From Basidiobolus ranarum (lineage: Eukaryota), in contig JASJQH010006893.1 in the NCBI GenBank assembly GCA_040143965.1, forward strand, positions 1-49,945: a DNA stretch of 49,945 nucleotides, written 5' to 3'. Made by a program: the position numbers and the translations under genes. The notes beneath the pieces were generated by a model. It made no database searches. It had not been told where the DNA came from and saw only the letters and a list, made by a program, of their open reading frames with translations. Positions within the stretch are counted from its first letter, which is position 1. Each line of letters begins with the position of its first letter. Of this stretch, positions 12,384-24,156 are shown in pieces.

Positions 12384-13032
12384 ATGGTGGGTTTCAATTG
12401 ATTAGAGCACTTAGATAGAATTAAGGCGTATCCTTAGAGTTCATCCAAGCATCCATTACCAATTAGCATACACACTAACTTGAAGCATTTCTATTTAGTC
12501 CGCCGAAGCTTCTACTACCGCTACCAACTCTATGCGCGAGTTGCGTATCGAGAAACTTGTTCTCAACATTTGCGTTGGTGAATCTGGTGATAGACTTACC
12601 AGAGCCGCCAAGGTTTTGGAACAATTGACTGGTCAAACTCCTGTCTACTCCAAGGCTCGTTATACCGTCCGTTCTTTCAGCATTCGTCGTAACGAAAAGA
12701 TTGCTGTTCACACTACTGTCCGTGGTCCTAAGGCCGAGGAAATTTTGGAACGTGGTTTAAAGGTCAAGGAATACGAACTTAAGAAATCCAACTTCTCTTC
12801 CACCGGAAACTTCGGTTTCGGTATCCAAGAACATATCGATTTAGGTATCAAGTATGATCCTTCCATCGGTATTTATGGTATGAACTTCTTCGTTGTCTTG
12901 GGTCGTCCCGGATTCCGTGTTAGCCGCAGAAAGAGATGCCAATCCAAGGTTGGTTTCTCCCACCGTGTCACCAAGGAGGAGACCCAAAAGTGGTTCAAGC
13001 AGAAGTACGATGGTATCCTCTTGAACAAATAA
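12384..13032 (+). CDS. RPL11: 60S ribosomal protein L11 (uL5)
   Basis: [37 protein letters not shown]...[23 protein letters not shown]. Exon 1 is ATG only (12384-86), followed by intron 12387-12498. Confidence 0.98.
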
Positions 13033-13358
13033 GTTCGTTCCACCCTCTTCACACCCGATTCTCATTGTTTCAATCAGTAAAAAAATAAATGGGCATTGAA
13101 AACTTGAATATTTCTTCTTGCATTCATACATTCTCTACTGCTATTTCTTGAAAAGCTGCCTCATCAATTTACTTTCATTTGATGTGGAATTTGATGGCTG
13201 CCAAAACAAAAACAATAGTCAATTGATTAATCAGATTTCCATGTTAATATATGCAATAAACAGTCAACATTTTGAAGTATCAACAACTATAACCGTTTGA
13301 TTTCATAGCCTACACTCTTCTCTTTTCCTTTCCTGTCCTTTCTTTTAATAATATACAA

Positions 13359-14889
13359 ATGACGGTAGAGAAAATACAAAGCTCAAAGCTGTTCCGAGAC
13401 TTTTTAAAGCTTGATTTTCCAGAAACTGAAAAACTTTCGGAAGATTTTTTATTTACTAGTAGTATTCCCCGTACAGAGCTTATTGAATGGTTGTTAAACA
13501 AGTAAGTGGAGATACTTATTTACTTATATCTTCTAGTTCTTAGTCATTTAATCAAGCTGAATTTAGATTTGAACCAAAATACCCTGAGTTGATAATAGGT
13601 ATGACTGATACAAGTCCAACAGAAGGTAAGAGTTATGAGTGGTATGAAATATTTTGAGAATCTTACAAACGATTAGAGTAGCTTTAGCTCTGGTGTTGGA
13701 CACATTTGGCTTCTCAGAATATAGTCAAGCAGTTGAATTCGTAGAGGTTGGTTAGTTTATCTTCGAATCGTCATAAATTTCAACGATGAAACCAACTCTT
13801 ATCATATTTCAGGCTCGCTCTACGCCAAAAATTCAATATAGTATATTTTGCGAACTAACTAGTGCAGCTCTAAATGCCTTACCTATGAGCACTTCTTCCG
13901 TTGACAGTGAGAGGTGAGTTTGGTGAAATGATACATAACAAACTAACATTTCTTAACGTCAACTTTTAACTTCGTCCCTAGTGGCTCCACAGAACTTGAC
14001 TTGGTTATTGAAAATGGGTGCAATTTTTTGGATTTATTAGTTGACGGCGAACTGGACTCAGTGCTAGTTTCTCAACACTCAGTTTTTTCGCAAGACTCTC
14101 CATTGATGGATGTGATCAAATCGAACTCGTCACAATCGTAGGTATCTCTACTATTGCGTTAACAATGATTCTTGTTGAGCTGATCGTTTACAAAAATTAT
14201 TAGTGATGATTCCTTCGATTCTGTCGATGAACTTATAGAAGAACAGGGAAAAACATTACAAGAGCTGAAGAATCAATTGTCAAAGTTGGAAGTATGTCGT
14301 ATGCAAGTTTTACTGGAACCGCACAATCATACTCATCATTTACTTTGAAAGGACATCAAATCCGCACCATCAGAGACTTCTGGACAAGATTCTATGAAAC
14401 GCCTAGCGTCTGTTACCAAACAACTCACAGAAACGTTGAAGAAATTTGACACTGTTTATGTGAATGAAATATATCCTTGGGTCGAGGCTTTTACACAAAA
14501 TCTTCCACCAAGAAAGACAACCACAGGTTTGTTTCTAATTTCTATAGCGTTGACCAGAGTTATTTGCTAAATATTGTTTATAGATTTTGGGCCTGCACTG
14601 ATTTCTCTTGACGAAAAAACATCCGAGATGAATGAAGTAGGTCTTATTTATTATACTGGTTACTCGAAATATTCTAATTTGTGATATCACTCCCCAGCTT
14701 CTTGATAATTATAATATAATCAAGCACTCTCACGCTCAATTAGCCGAGTACTGGAGCAAACACGTAGAATCTAATGGCCGCCTACTTACACAAGATCTCA
14801 GTACCAAGAGGTTAGCTGAGATGGAGCGAATAAATACCATCTTAAGGAAAGCATTGGAAAGGAAAGGGCTTTCAACAACGACCATTTGA
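13359..14889 (+). CDS. HAUS7: HAUS7/AUG7-like augmin complex subunit, 9 exons (absent from the ORF track)
   Basis: Spliced product MTVEKIQSSKLFRDFLKLDFPETEKLSEDFLFTSSIPRTELIEWLLNK...LKKFDTVYVNEIYPWVE...DFGPALISL...LLDNYNIIKHSHAQL. These match motifs I recall from plant AUG7 (RYALLEWLF, FNTIYTKEIRPW, GFGPA, LRDSHAAL), in the same order. Eight GT-AG introns; stop TGA 14887-14889. Confidence 0.72.
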
Positions 14890-15316
14890 CAACCGACTTG
14901 TATTTCGTAACTACAATATAGTAATATAAAATATGAGCTTCGAGTCGATACACACATACATAAATATATATTTTTATTTATAAACACTGACAATGTAAAA
15001 AAACTCAAACTTTTTTGATACAAACAATCATTAAACCAAGGTCACCTTTATTACTTTGTATCCCAGGGCTTTAGATGTTGAGGATTATGGTTGGCGCTTT
15101 GTTTCAAGCCCATATGTATTATGCTAATTAGTCAACATTCATATTTAATTCAAATCAAACTAATTAGTTTGTGTCGATTTCATACTGACTAGTATATTGA
15201 TATAATAAAATGCATTTATGTTTTTGGACATCAATGATAAAGCGGTGGCATACATAAAACTCTATAGCTGGATAGTGTCATTTTATCTGGTGACTAGAAG
15301 CACTTTGACATAAAAT

Positions 15317-16221
15317 ATGAGTCAACCTGTACAAGAAGGCGCCCTTTCCCTAGCCTCGCTTTCTTTGACTCATGTCCAATTTGAGTCCTCGGATAAAGTT
15401 GCTTACTTGTTGGCATATATAACTCTAACTCCCTTAGCTATTTTAATCTCCTATGCGACTGCAATTTGCTCTCGAAGAGAGTTTGGACTGATATTCATGC
15501 TATTAGGGCAGCTTGCTTGTGAAGGTTTGAATTTCATTTTGAAAAAGACGATACAACAGGATCGCCCAACAGGTAACTTTTCTTCATAAACGACAGAATT
15601 ATTTTGATCTAACAGGAAAGATCAAAAGAATGTATATAAAGTGATACTCAAATAATCTTTAAAATAGATACCCTTGGAACTGGTTATGGTATGCCATCTA
15701 GTCATGCTCAGTTCATGTCTTTCTGGGGAGTTTATGTCTGTTTGTACATGTATCGGAAGTGAGTCTCTGGTCAACACTTAAGTTCTATGGATGGAATGCT
15801 AATTCGCAGATTCTTGGATTTATTAGAATTCACTTTGAGCATAGTTTCTGGAAATCGATTTTTTACCTAGTTGCGCTGATGATTTCTGTTACAGTTTCCT
15901 ATTCAAGGTAGGGTATTACAGAGTATTCAACATTCTTCGAGTTATGCCTTTAAAACTCCTTATTTTAGAATTCATTTGAATTATCATACGAAAGCTCAAG
16001 TAATCGTTGGAAATATTGTTGGAAGTCTATTTGCCCTAGGATGGTTTACCTTCTTCGAAATCTATCTCCGTTCAATGGGCTTCTATGACTGTTTATCTAG
16101 ATTGAAAGTCTGTCAATACGCCTACTTCAAGGATTCGTCTCATATAAACAACGTAATGAAGTTCGAATACGATAATTGTATGAGCGTCAAAGATGCTAAT
16201 AAGTCCAAGAAATCGCAGTGA
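15317..16221 (+). CDS. CAX4: Dolichyldiphosphatase (PAP2 family), 4 exons
   Basis: PAP2 motifs KKTIQQDRP, GYGMPSSHAQFM and SRIHLNYHTKAQV; N-terminal SLSLTHVQF typical of DOLPP1/CAX4; hydrophobic helices. Confidence 0.92.
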
Positions 16222-16444
16222 TTCACAGTTGAAATGGTGATAACAAATTAGGATTTATCTCATTTATTACAAGTCGTTGAGAATTTTTCCACAACATTAC
16301 TCTCAATAAAGTGAAATATTTATTCAGAAGGTCTATTCACTAAATATCAAAAGTGAGTGGATGTTTGTAAATAACTAGTTGTTCATTACTGCCAAATGGA
16401 GTAAGCCTTTGGCACCTCCTACTCGAAAGGATAGTTACAAGTGT

Positions 16445-17922
16445 CTAAGAAGAAGCAGCGGCAGAATACCAACGAATGGATTTATCTTCAGAGACCGAAG
16501 CGATTTTGTTACCCTCTTCATTCCAGGCAACACCCCAAACTTGATCAGTATGGTGATCCATAGTGTCAACACACTGTCTAGCTCCCAAATCCCAAATCTT
16601 CACTTTCTTGTCACTGGATCTGCGAATGGGAAAAATTAGAAATGGCAGAGCATGCATTAGTCGTAGGAAATAAATACCCCGAGGCAATATGAACACCGTC
16701 AGCACTAGCAGCAACACTCAATACCCAAGAGGAATGACCTGACAACGATGCGAAAATGTTTCCATGTTGACTGCGCATTGTTAAGGATAAACAATCTTCA
16801 AAAAAGAATAATTAAAAATCACAAAGTTCTCTGAAGGATACACATCGTATATATTGATTCTTTTGTCATCAGAGCCGGATATCAACATCGAGGAGTCTTG
16901 TGTGAAGGCAACGGAACGTACTGTCATCGCGTGTCCTATATTTTCCTGATCAATTTCTGCTTATAGCTACGAAAAACTAAAAACGAATATTACCAGCTAA
17001 AGAGTGAAGTAATTTCCCGGTCTCAACGTCAAAAACGTGGATACTTCCGTTTTCAGACCCACATGCAACATATTGCCCATTGGGGCTCTGGAGTGCGAGT
17101 CAAAGATTACAAACGCTGCATAGATTAAGAATGAAAGAGAATAAAACTACAAAAAGGATACATAGGCCACACACATAGCAAATTTGCCACGAGTTTCCAA
17201 AGTGGTAATCTTAGCTTCTGAATCGACAGACCAGATATTAATGTTACCCGCATGACTACCAGCAGCGATTTGGTTTCCAGAAGGCGAGAATTTTACTGTC
17301 CAAGCTTCAACTAAGACCGGCCAAGGAATTAGACATATGGTTGATATTAGGAAATAATAACTATTTCTCACCAGGACCAGCATTGATGCTTTTATACAGA
17401 CTACCGTTTTCAAGATCCCAAATTTTAATTTGATTATCAAGTGAGGTAGACACGGCGCCTAAACGAAATCTTAGTATTTGGGCTTGCTATATAGTTTATG
17501 AAGAAACGCTTACGAGTTCCAGTCACATCTACGTCAACTGAAACGACACCTAGAAGATGGCCTGGGAGTGTGTGAGTTAATTCTCCGGTATTTCCGTCCC
17601 TGAAGGAAGCTTTCAAGTTAATAACAAGGGGAATCCTCCATTGAACGATCACAGATCACTATTTACCAGCATTTTATGGTGCTATCAACAGAACCGGTCA
17701 CAATACGATTGGTATTCTTTCCCCATGCGACGGACCAGATCCCATCTTCATGAGCTATATAAAATCAAGATCAATATCGAAAATCGAAGCAACAAGTCGT
17801 CAAGATTTCGCTATTACCATCATTATTAGCAAGTGTACAAGAGTAAAGGATAGCCTGTTGAAAAAAGGATTAGTTGTGTTTCTTCAAGTACCTAAATGGA
17901 AGTTGCTATAAATGTCTACCAT
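16445..17922 (-). CDS. SKI8: WD40 protein SKI8/WDR61 (Rec14)
   Basis: Spliced [12 protein letters not shown]...[79 protein letters not shown]. Exon 1 is ATG only (17922-17920). Confidence 0.9.
16771..16841 (-). other. U12-type (minor spliceosome) GT-AG intron in SKI8
   Basis: 5' splice site GTATCCTTC; branch point TCCTTAAC (16787-16780) 9 nt before the 3' end; no polypyrimidine tract. Splicing restores the frame INIYDV|QHGN. Confidence 0.9.
17088..17161 (-). other. Second U12-type GT-AG intron in SKI8
   Basis: 5' splice site GTATCCTTT; branch-point-like TCTTTGAC (17106-17099, one mismatch to TCCTTRAC) 11 nt before the 3' end. Splicing gives MCVAY|SPNG. Confidence 0.8.
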
Positions 17923-18519
17923 TGTTTGCTGGAATAGTGTTTTTTGGATATATTATATATTCGCGACAAGCCTTTGAATATCACTTGAACATATTTTTTG
18001 TCTAATGTGCATATATAGAAATGCTATGATTCTTACCAATGAAATTAATCAACAAGCGAAAAGCAAAATAGGATTAATTTTAGTCAAGTTGGCTAAAATT
18101 AGTTTAATCATCAAGCACCTCACTAAGTATCAGCGATATTTATATATATGGATTACCCAGCCTCAAAGCCGATATTAGTTCATGTTGATTTTGAAGCTGA
18201 ATTAACGATGCTAGTAAAAGTCGTACGTTATCAGTAAACGACGATCCACCCCTTTCAATGCGTAATGATCCCAAAGCCAATCAAGTAGGACTGACGAATT
18301 TGATGATTGGTGAGCTTACCATTGAGTAATATTACTATGGTTCTCAGAAACAAGGTAAATATTTATATTTATCTGTAAAGTGAACAGATTGCCTACCCCC
18401 TCCCCAATTTACATTATCAGCGACCCATTTATGCATTGGTTCGTAAGCGCAAATAAACGTCGCTAGATAAGCAGTCAACCTCACCCTTACCTCTTTACCA
18501 CCCAACTCATTTCCCAAGT

Positions 18520-19878
18520 ATGAGAGAAATTCTTCAACTTCAAGCTGGTCAGTGCGGTAACCAAATTGGTTACAAATTCTGGGAAACTATCTCCTCTGAA
18601 CACGGTATTGACGGCTCTGGTGCTTACACTGGTGACACTGACGCTCAGCTCGAAAGAATAAATGTCTATTACAACGAAGCTGCTGCTGGAAAGTATGTTC
18701 CTCGCGCTGTTTTAGTTGACTTAGAACCAGGAACTATGGACAACATTCGTGCTTCACCTTTGGGTCAGCTCTTCCGCCCTGATAATATGGTATTCGGACA
18801 AAGTGGCGCTGGTAACAACTGGGCCAAAGGTCACTATACTGAAGGTGCTGAATTGGTTGACTCAGTTCTGGATGTAGTCCGTAAGGAAACTGAAAATTGT
18901 GACTGCCTTCAAGGCTTCCAAATCACCCACTCTCTTGGAGGAGGAACTGGTTCTGGCTTAGGAACTCTTCTTATTTCCAAAATTCGGGAAGAATATCCTG
19001 ACCGCATGATGTGTACTTTCTCTGTAGTTCCGTCGCCTAAAGTTTCCGACACTGTTGTTGAGCCCTATAATGCTACCCTCTCCGTTCATCAACTCGTTGA
19101 AAACTCTGACATGACTTTCTGTATCGATAATGAGGCTCTATATGATATTTGTTTCCGTACATTAAAGCTTTCCAACCCTACATACGGGGACTTGAATCAT
19201 CTCGTCTCCTCAGTCATGAGTGGTACTACCACATCGCTTCGTTTCCCTGGTCAGTTAAACTCTGATTTAAGAAAGACCGCTGTCAACATGGTGCCTTTCC
19301 CTCGTCTTCATTTCTTTATGGTCGGATTTGCACCATTGACTGCTCGCGGTTCCCAGGATTTCCGTGCCATGTCTGTAGCCGAACTTTCTCAACAAATGTT
19401 TGACTCCAAGAATATGATGGCTGCCTCTGATCCCCGTCATGGACGTTATCTTACTTGTGCTGCCATGTTCCGTGGTCGCGTGTCGATGAAGGAAGTGGAT
19501 GAACAAATGGTCAACGTTCAATTGAAGAATTCCAGCTATTTTGTTGAATGGATACCCAACAACATTAAGACTTCTCTTTGTGATATCCCACCTACTAATC
19601 TAAAAATGGCGGTCACCTTCCTTGGAAATTCCACCGCTATTCAAGAGTTATTCAAACGTGTGAATGAGCAATTCACTGCTATGTTCCGCCGTAAAGCTTT
19701 CCTACATTGGTACACTGGTGAGGGTATGGATGAGATGGAGTTTACTGAAGCCGAGTCTAACATGAATGATTTGGTTTCTGAATATCAACAATACCAAGAT
19801 GCCACTGTGGAAGATGAACTCGAATATGAAGAGGAGGGCACTATGGAGGAAGAGTATGTTGCTGAGGAAGAATACTAG
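18520..19878 (+). CDS. TUB2: Beta-tubulin (intronless, divergent)
   Basis: MREI start, GGGTGSG motif, [35 protein letters not shown] and an acidic C-terminal tail. Confidence 0.99.
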   Translation: MREILQLQAGQCGNQIGYKFWETISSEHGIDGSGAYTGDTDAQLERINVYYNEAAAGKYVPRAVLVDLEPGTMDNIRASPLGQLFRPDNMVFGQSGAGNNWAKGHYTEGAELVDSVLDVVRKETENCDCLQGFQITHSLGGGTGSGLGTLLISKIREEYPDRMMCTFSVVPSPKVSDTVVEPYNATLSVHQLVENSDMTFCIDNEALYDICFRTLKLSNPTYGDLNHLVSSVMSGTTTSLRFPGQLNSDLRKTAVNMVPFPRLHFFMVGFAPLTARGSQDFRAMSVAELSQQMFDSKNMMAASDPRHGRYLTCAAMFRGRVSMKEVDEQMVNVQLKNSSYFVEWIPNNIKTSLCDIPPTNLKMAVTFLGNSTAIQELFKRVNEQFTAMFRRKAFLHWYTGEGMDEMEFTEAESNMNDLVSEYQQYQDATVEDELEYEEEGTMEEEYVAEEEY

Positions 19879-21038
19879 TACTTGCAACTACACTTACATA
19901 GCTAGGATATTTAATACCATCTGGTAGTTAGCGTTCAGTGTAGTTTTTATTTCTTTGCAATATTTCACTTATTAGTAACCGTGGTATGCGAAAATGAGTA
20001 CAGCCTCGTGTATTTATATATAATCATATTAAATGACAATGCGCTAAGTACTTAAACAATATTGTCAGACTTTGATTGCTAATATGCCAGTCGCTTCACA
20101 TATCACTAGTACCATCGCGAGTTAGCAGTCGCTGGCAAATCGTAGATTGATTGTCACTGCTTCCAAAGCTGTGGGAAAATCAGTGCACACACGTGAAAGA
20201 ACTAGCTCGATATTTAAATCCCAGATTGATCATTGAGACACTAATGTCATCCATGAGCACAATAGGCATCTTAATCTTGACTTTCACTAAGGCACATGAT
20301 CACTCAATCTACAGGTCATCTCGTGACCGTGAAATCACGGGGTAAGCTCTCACTTATCTGATCTTTTGAGGAGTTTCATTACTCACGGCAATGCGGTAAT
20401 GCGACTAGAATCAAATGCTGAGTGCCAACGCTGTCCCACTGATGTTTCTGTAACAGTGTTACTATTATGGGGTGGACGATGTGAGTGAATGATGAATACA
20501 TATTGCATAGACCAGCTACGTAATAGCCATACAGGTATAAATATTATTATGCATCTTTATTAGACGGCAAAGGGGTGAGATTCTTTCGCAAACAGACAGA
20601 GGTGCCGCCATCAACTGTGCAGAATAGCTCTAGTGTTATAAAGGAGTGACAAGGGCTGTATGACCTAGGTGCTCCCGTGATTTGACCAAATTTATGGCTT
20701 TTAGAAGAATCTCTTTACATTATTCCACCAAAATGTGACCGTTATGAAATTCTGGGGATTTAATGGCGTTCTCCCATTGAGTTAATATTTGAATTGGGAC
20801 CAATAGGTTCAATCGCTTTTATAAAAGATGAATGAATCACCGTCCCCTAAATTAATTCTTTCAAACCCTAACACCGCTATTCCTTCACGGAAATCAGTTT
20901 CGCTGTTCCTTAGCTCCTCTTGCACCTTCTCAATATAACTATCTCACTTCTTGTAGTTGTACATTAGTATTCAATCCTAAATTTCTCTCATCTGTTACTA
21001 CGAAAAACTCCATTTTTACGTTTAGCTTTAATTCAAAC

Positions 21039-23377
21039 ATGTTGAGTCGTGCATCCTGCGTTCATCCTGTTGTGTCAAGCTCTGCTAGAAGAGGCACTCT
21101 ACAACTATCCAATAGAAGAAGTAATTTAAACTTTTCTACCAACCTTCAGCGCTATTCTACCAACAATTGGAAAGGTATTTATATTGTTGACTTTCTTTCG
21201 TCAATCCTTTCAAATAACTAACATACCTTTTATTCCACTCTATAAGGGAGGCTCAATTTTTCCAAAAATACAGAAAATAATGCTAAAGAGGGCATTGAGA
21301 GTTTGGCTCCCAACACTCAATTGTCCCCAAAAGCAATAGTTAAAGATGCCCCAAACACAGAAATCCAGAGCCAATCCAAATTCTCTACTAAAATTAAGCG
21401 TGCCTTAAGTAAGTACTCAATATTTTGTATAGATTATGTTTCGAAAGTTTTCTAATGGCTTCTGTTAGATGCTGCCAAAATTGCCCAGGCTAAAAAACAG
21501 GCACCTGTTGTATATTTAGAGAAACCATATTTTCGACATCTTCTTTCCTCCTCCTCCTCTTCTGGTTCTTCTGGTAATACCTCTGGTGGAACACCACCCT
21601 TTAACTTTGTTCAAAACGAAACGTATTCTCAGTTTGAAACTGCGGGCTCAGGGCATGAAAATAATCCAGAAAATAGTGGTTCAAACGATCATATTTGGAG
21701 TGCAGTTTTAACAAGTCCAAAATCGGTATGTTATACGATCTCTATTGATGCTTATAGACCGGCATCTCAAGTGCAAAATTGAAATTATAGATAACAAAAC
21801 ACTTAGACGAGTATGTTATTGGACAAGAAAGAGCCAAGAAGATACTTTCAGTAGCGGTATTTAATCACTACAGCCGTGTAAGAGCCAATATACAGCAGCA
21901 AATGCAACAAAGGCCAAACGTTGGAGTTGAGGAGGAGCCAGGTAACTCCGGCATGTTACTAAATCAATATTGCTACGTCGATACTAAAGCCATTACCGCC
22001 TATAGCACGCCCTGCACCGGTCTCTTCTAATTATTCTAGTAACAGTCAATCTTGGGTTAACCCTAGCACCAATAATTCAGAATCTACTACATCCAGCAGT
22101 GATCCAGGACCCAAAGTACCTGAAATGAGAAATCTGCCCATCTTCGACAAGAGCAACGTTTTACTTCTGGGACCTACAGGCTCTGGTCAGGATTTTACTT
22201 TGATGGTGTACTCTTGCTTAAAACCATTAACAATCAAATAACATTATATTACATAGGCAAGACTCTACTGGCACGCACATTGGCCAAAATCCTTAAAGTT
22301 CCATTTTCTATGTCTGATGCCACTCCTTTTACGCAAGCTGGCTACGTAGGTGAGGATGTTGAACTAGTAATACAACGCCTATTACAGGTAAATATATATT
22401 ATATTTTCAATGTGTTCTATTGATGATATATGACTAACTTCGCTCCGTTGAACTAGAACTGCGATTTTGATGTGAAAAAAGCTGAACAAGGAATAGTCTT
22501 CATTGATGAGATTGACAAAATTGCCAAAAAAGCCGACACAATGTCCATGTCTAAGGATGTTTCAGGAGAAGGCGTTCAACAAGCTCTATTGCGTATGCTT
22601 GAGGGAACAGTGGTAAACGTAACAGACAAAACAGGGGCAGCTTCGTCTAGCCATAAAAACCGGTTTGGTCCTGGAGGACCTGGATCAGGAGGTAAAGGCG
22701 ATGTATATGCTGTAGATACTAGTAATATTCTATTTATCTTGAGTGGTGCCTTTATTGGGCTTGACAAGATTGTAATAGACCGCGTGGCCAAAGGATCGAT
22801 TGGATTTGGAGCCGTCATCCATGGGTCTGATAGCTCATCTCTTCCCACATTGCCCGGATATATGATGGCTAGCACGGCAAAGCAACAAATCTTAGATTTG
22901 ATAGATCCAGTAGACTTAATCAAATTTGGTTTGATTCCCGAATTTGTTGGAAGACTCCCGGTAGTCGCTAGCGTTGCGCAACTTGATGAAGCTGCCTTGG
23001 TGCGTGTTCTAACAGAACCCAGAAACTCACTTGTCAAGCAATATGAATCATTGTTCGAATTGAACAAAGTCAACCTGAAGTTTTCCAACTCCGCGCTGCA
23101 TGAAATTGCTAAACAAGCCATTGAGAAGCAAACTGGTGCTCGAGGACTGCGTCGTATAATGGAGAACCTATTACTCGATCCTATGTACGATGCACCGAAT
23201 TCATCTATCAAAAACGTTCTTGTTGATAGTGACTCGGTGTTACAAAAACGGAACCCACTCTACTTCTCTCGCGGACAAGACAATGATTTGGAGAGAGCAC
23301 TTGAAGAAGATGATAATACATTCACCACAAATTTGGCTGCCAAAGAAGAAGGAAAACAGGGAATTGCATTCTCATAA
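21039..23377 (+). CDS. CLPX: Mitochondrial ClpX AAA+ chaperone (MCX1/CLPX), 7 exons
   Basis: Presequence-like N-terminus; [23 protein letters not shown]; Walker [16 protein letters not shown]; pore loop [11 protein letters not shown]; Walker [26 protein letters not shown] loop; TGARGLR. Confidence 0.95.
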
Positions 23378-23684
23378 TCATGAAGTGAATGCCCAGCCAC
23401 TCAGCCACTCTATTCACAATAACTCTTAATATACCTGTCTTTCGTCTTCCCCCATATTTTAGTAAATAGTTCATCTTTTCCTAAACCATGTTCTTAACCG
23501 CGCGTTCAATACATCGCTGTTTCACTTTGAATTTTCTGTACAATAAAAATCCATCCACCGTAGATTGTCGACGTATGTTCTTGTTTCATTGCGGAAGTAC
23601 AAACACTCCACCCCCCAGTGACTTGATCTTAGTCATTACACACTTCCTTAAATATTTCAATTTGTAATTGATAAAATAGAATGG

Positions 23685-24056
23685 CCAATAAAAAGAGACT
23701 CACGTGTGAACAATCACTAATTGGCTGATAACATCAGGAATGGAAGAATTACCCGCGAAGCCAATTTCACGGGATTTGAAAGGATTTTTATATCATAGAA
23801 GAGCTGATTACGAAATATAGAATCCACCAATCGGAACATCATGCACCCCACTAGACAGAACCAAGTATTTTCTGTGACAAATAACTAAGCGTCTAATTTG
23901 TGGACACTTCAGGAACTATCTACCAGACATCTGGCACTTAAACGAGTAAATAGATCGTATAATTCTAATTCTAGAAAGAATTACTAATATCATGTGTAGA
24001 TGGAAAATATCCCAATAGAAATAATCTTGAATCGATTCTTCCATGGATCTATAAAT
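23685..24056 (+). promoter_or_regulatory. RIB1 promoter with five CCAAT boxes and a TATA element
   Basis: CCAAT/ATTGG at 23685, 23720, 23761, 23827 and 24012; TATAAAT at 24050-24056, about 100 bp upstream of the ATG. Confidence 0.45.
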
Positions 24057-24156
24057 CACCACCAACTGTGGTTCTTTTCATTATTTATTTTAGCAGCTCA
24101 GTTGGATTATCTTGTATTTGTTTCTTTAGACTACTTGGCAATATTTCAATACAACC

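Noticed and set aside
12427-12436. GTATCCTT (U12-like donor) inside the RPL11 intron
   Set aside because: It is internal to a normal GT-AG intron with a U2 branch point (CTAAC), and no U12 branch point follows.
22576-23211. 211-aa antisense ORF
   Set aside because: Lies wholly opposite the conserved ClpX exon and has no motifs; a codon-bias shadow. The same applies to the antisense ORFs over RPL11, tubulin, RPT5 and OGT.
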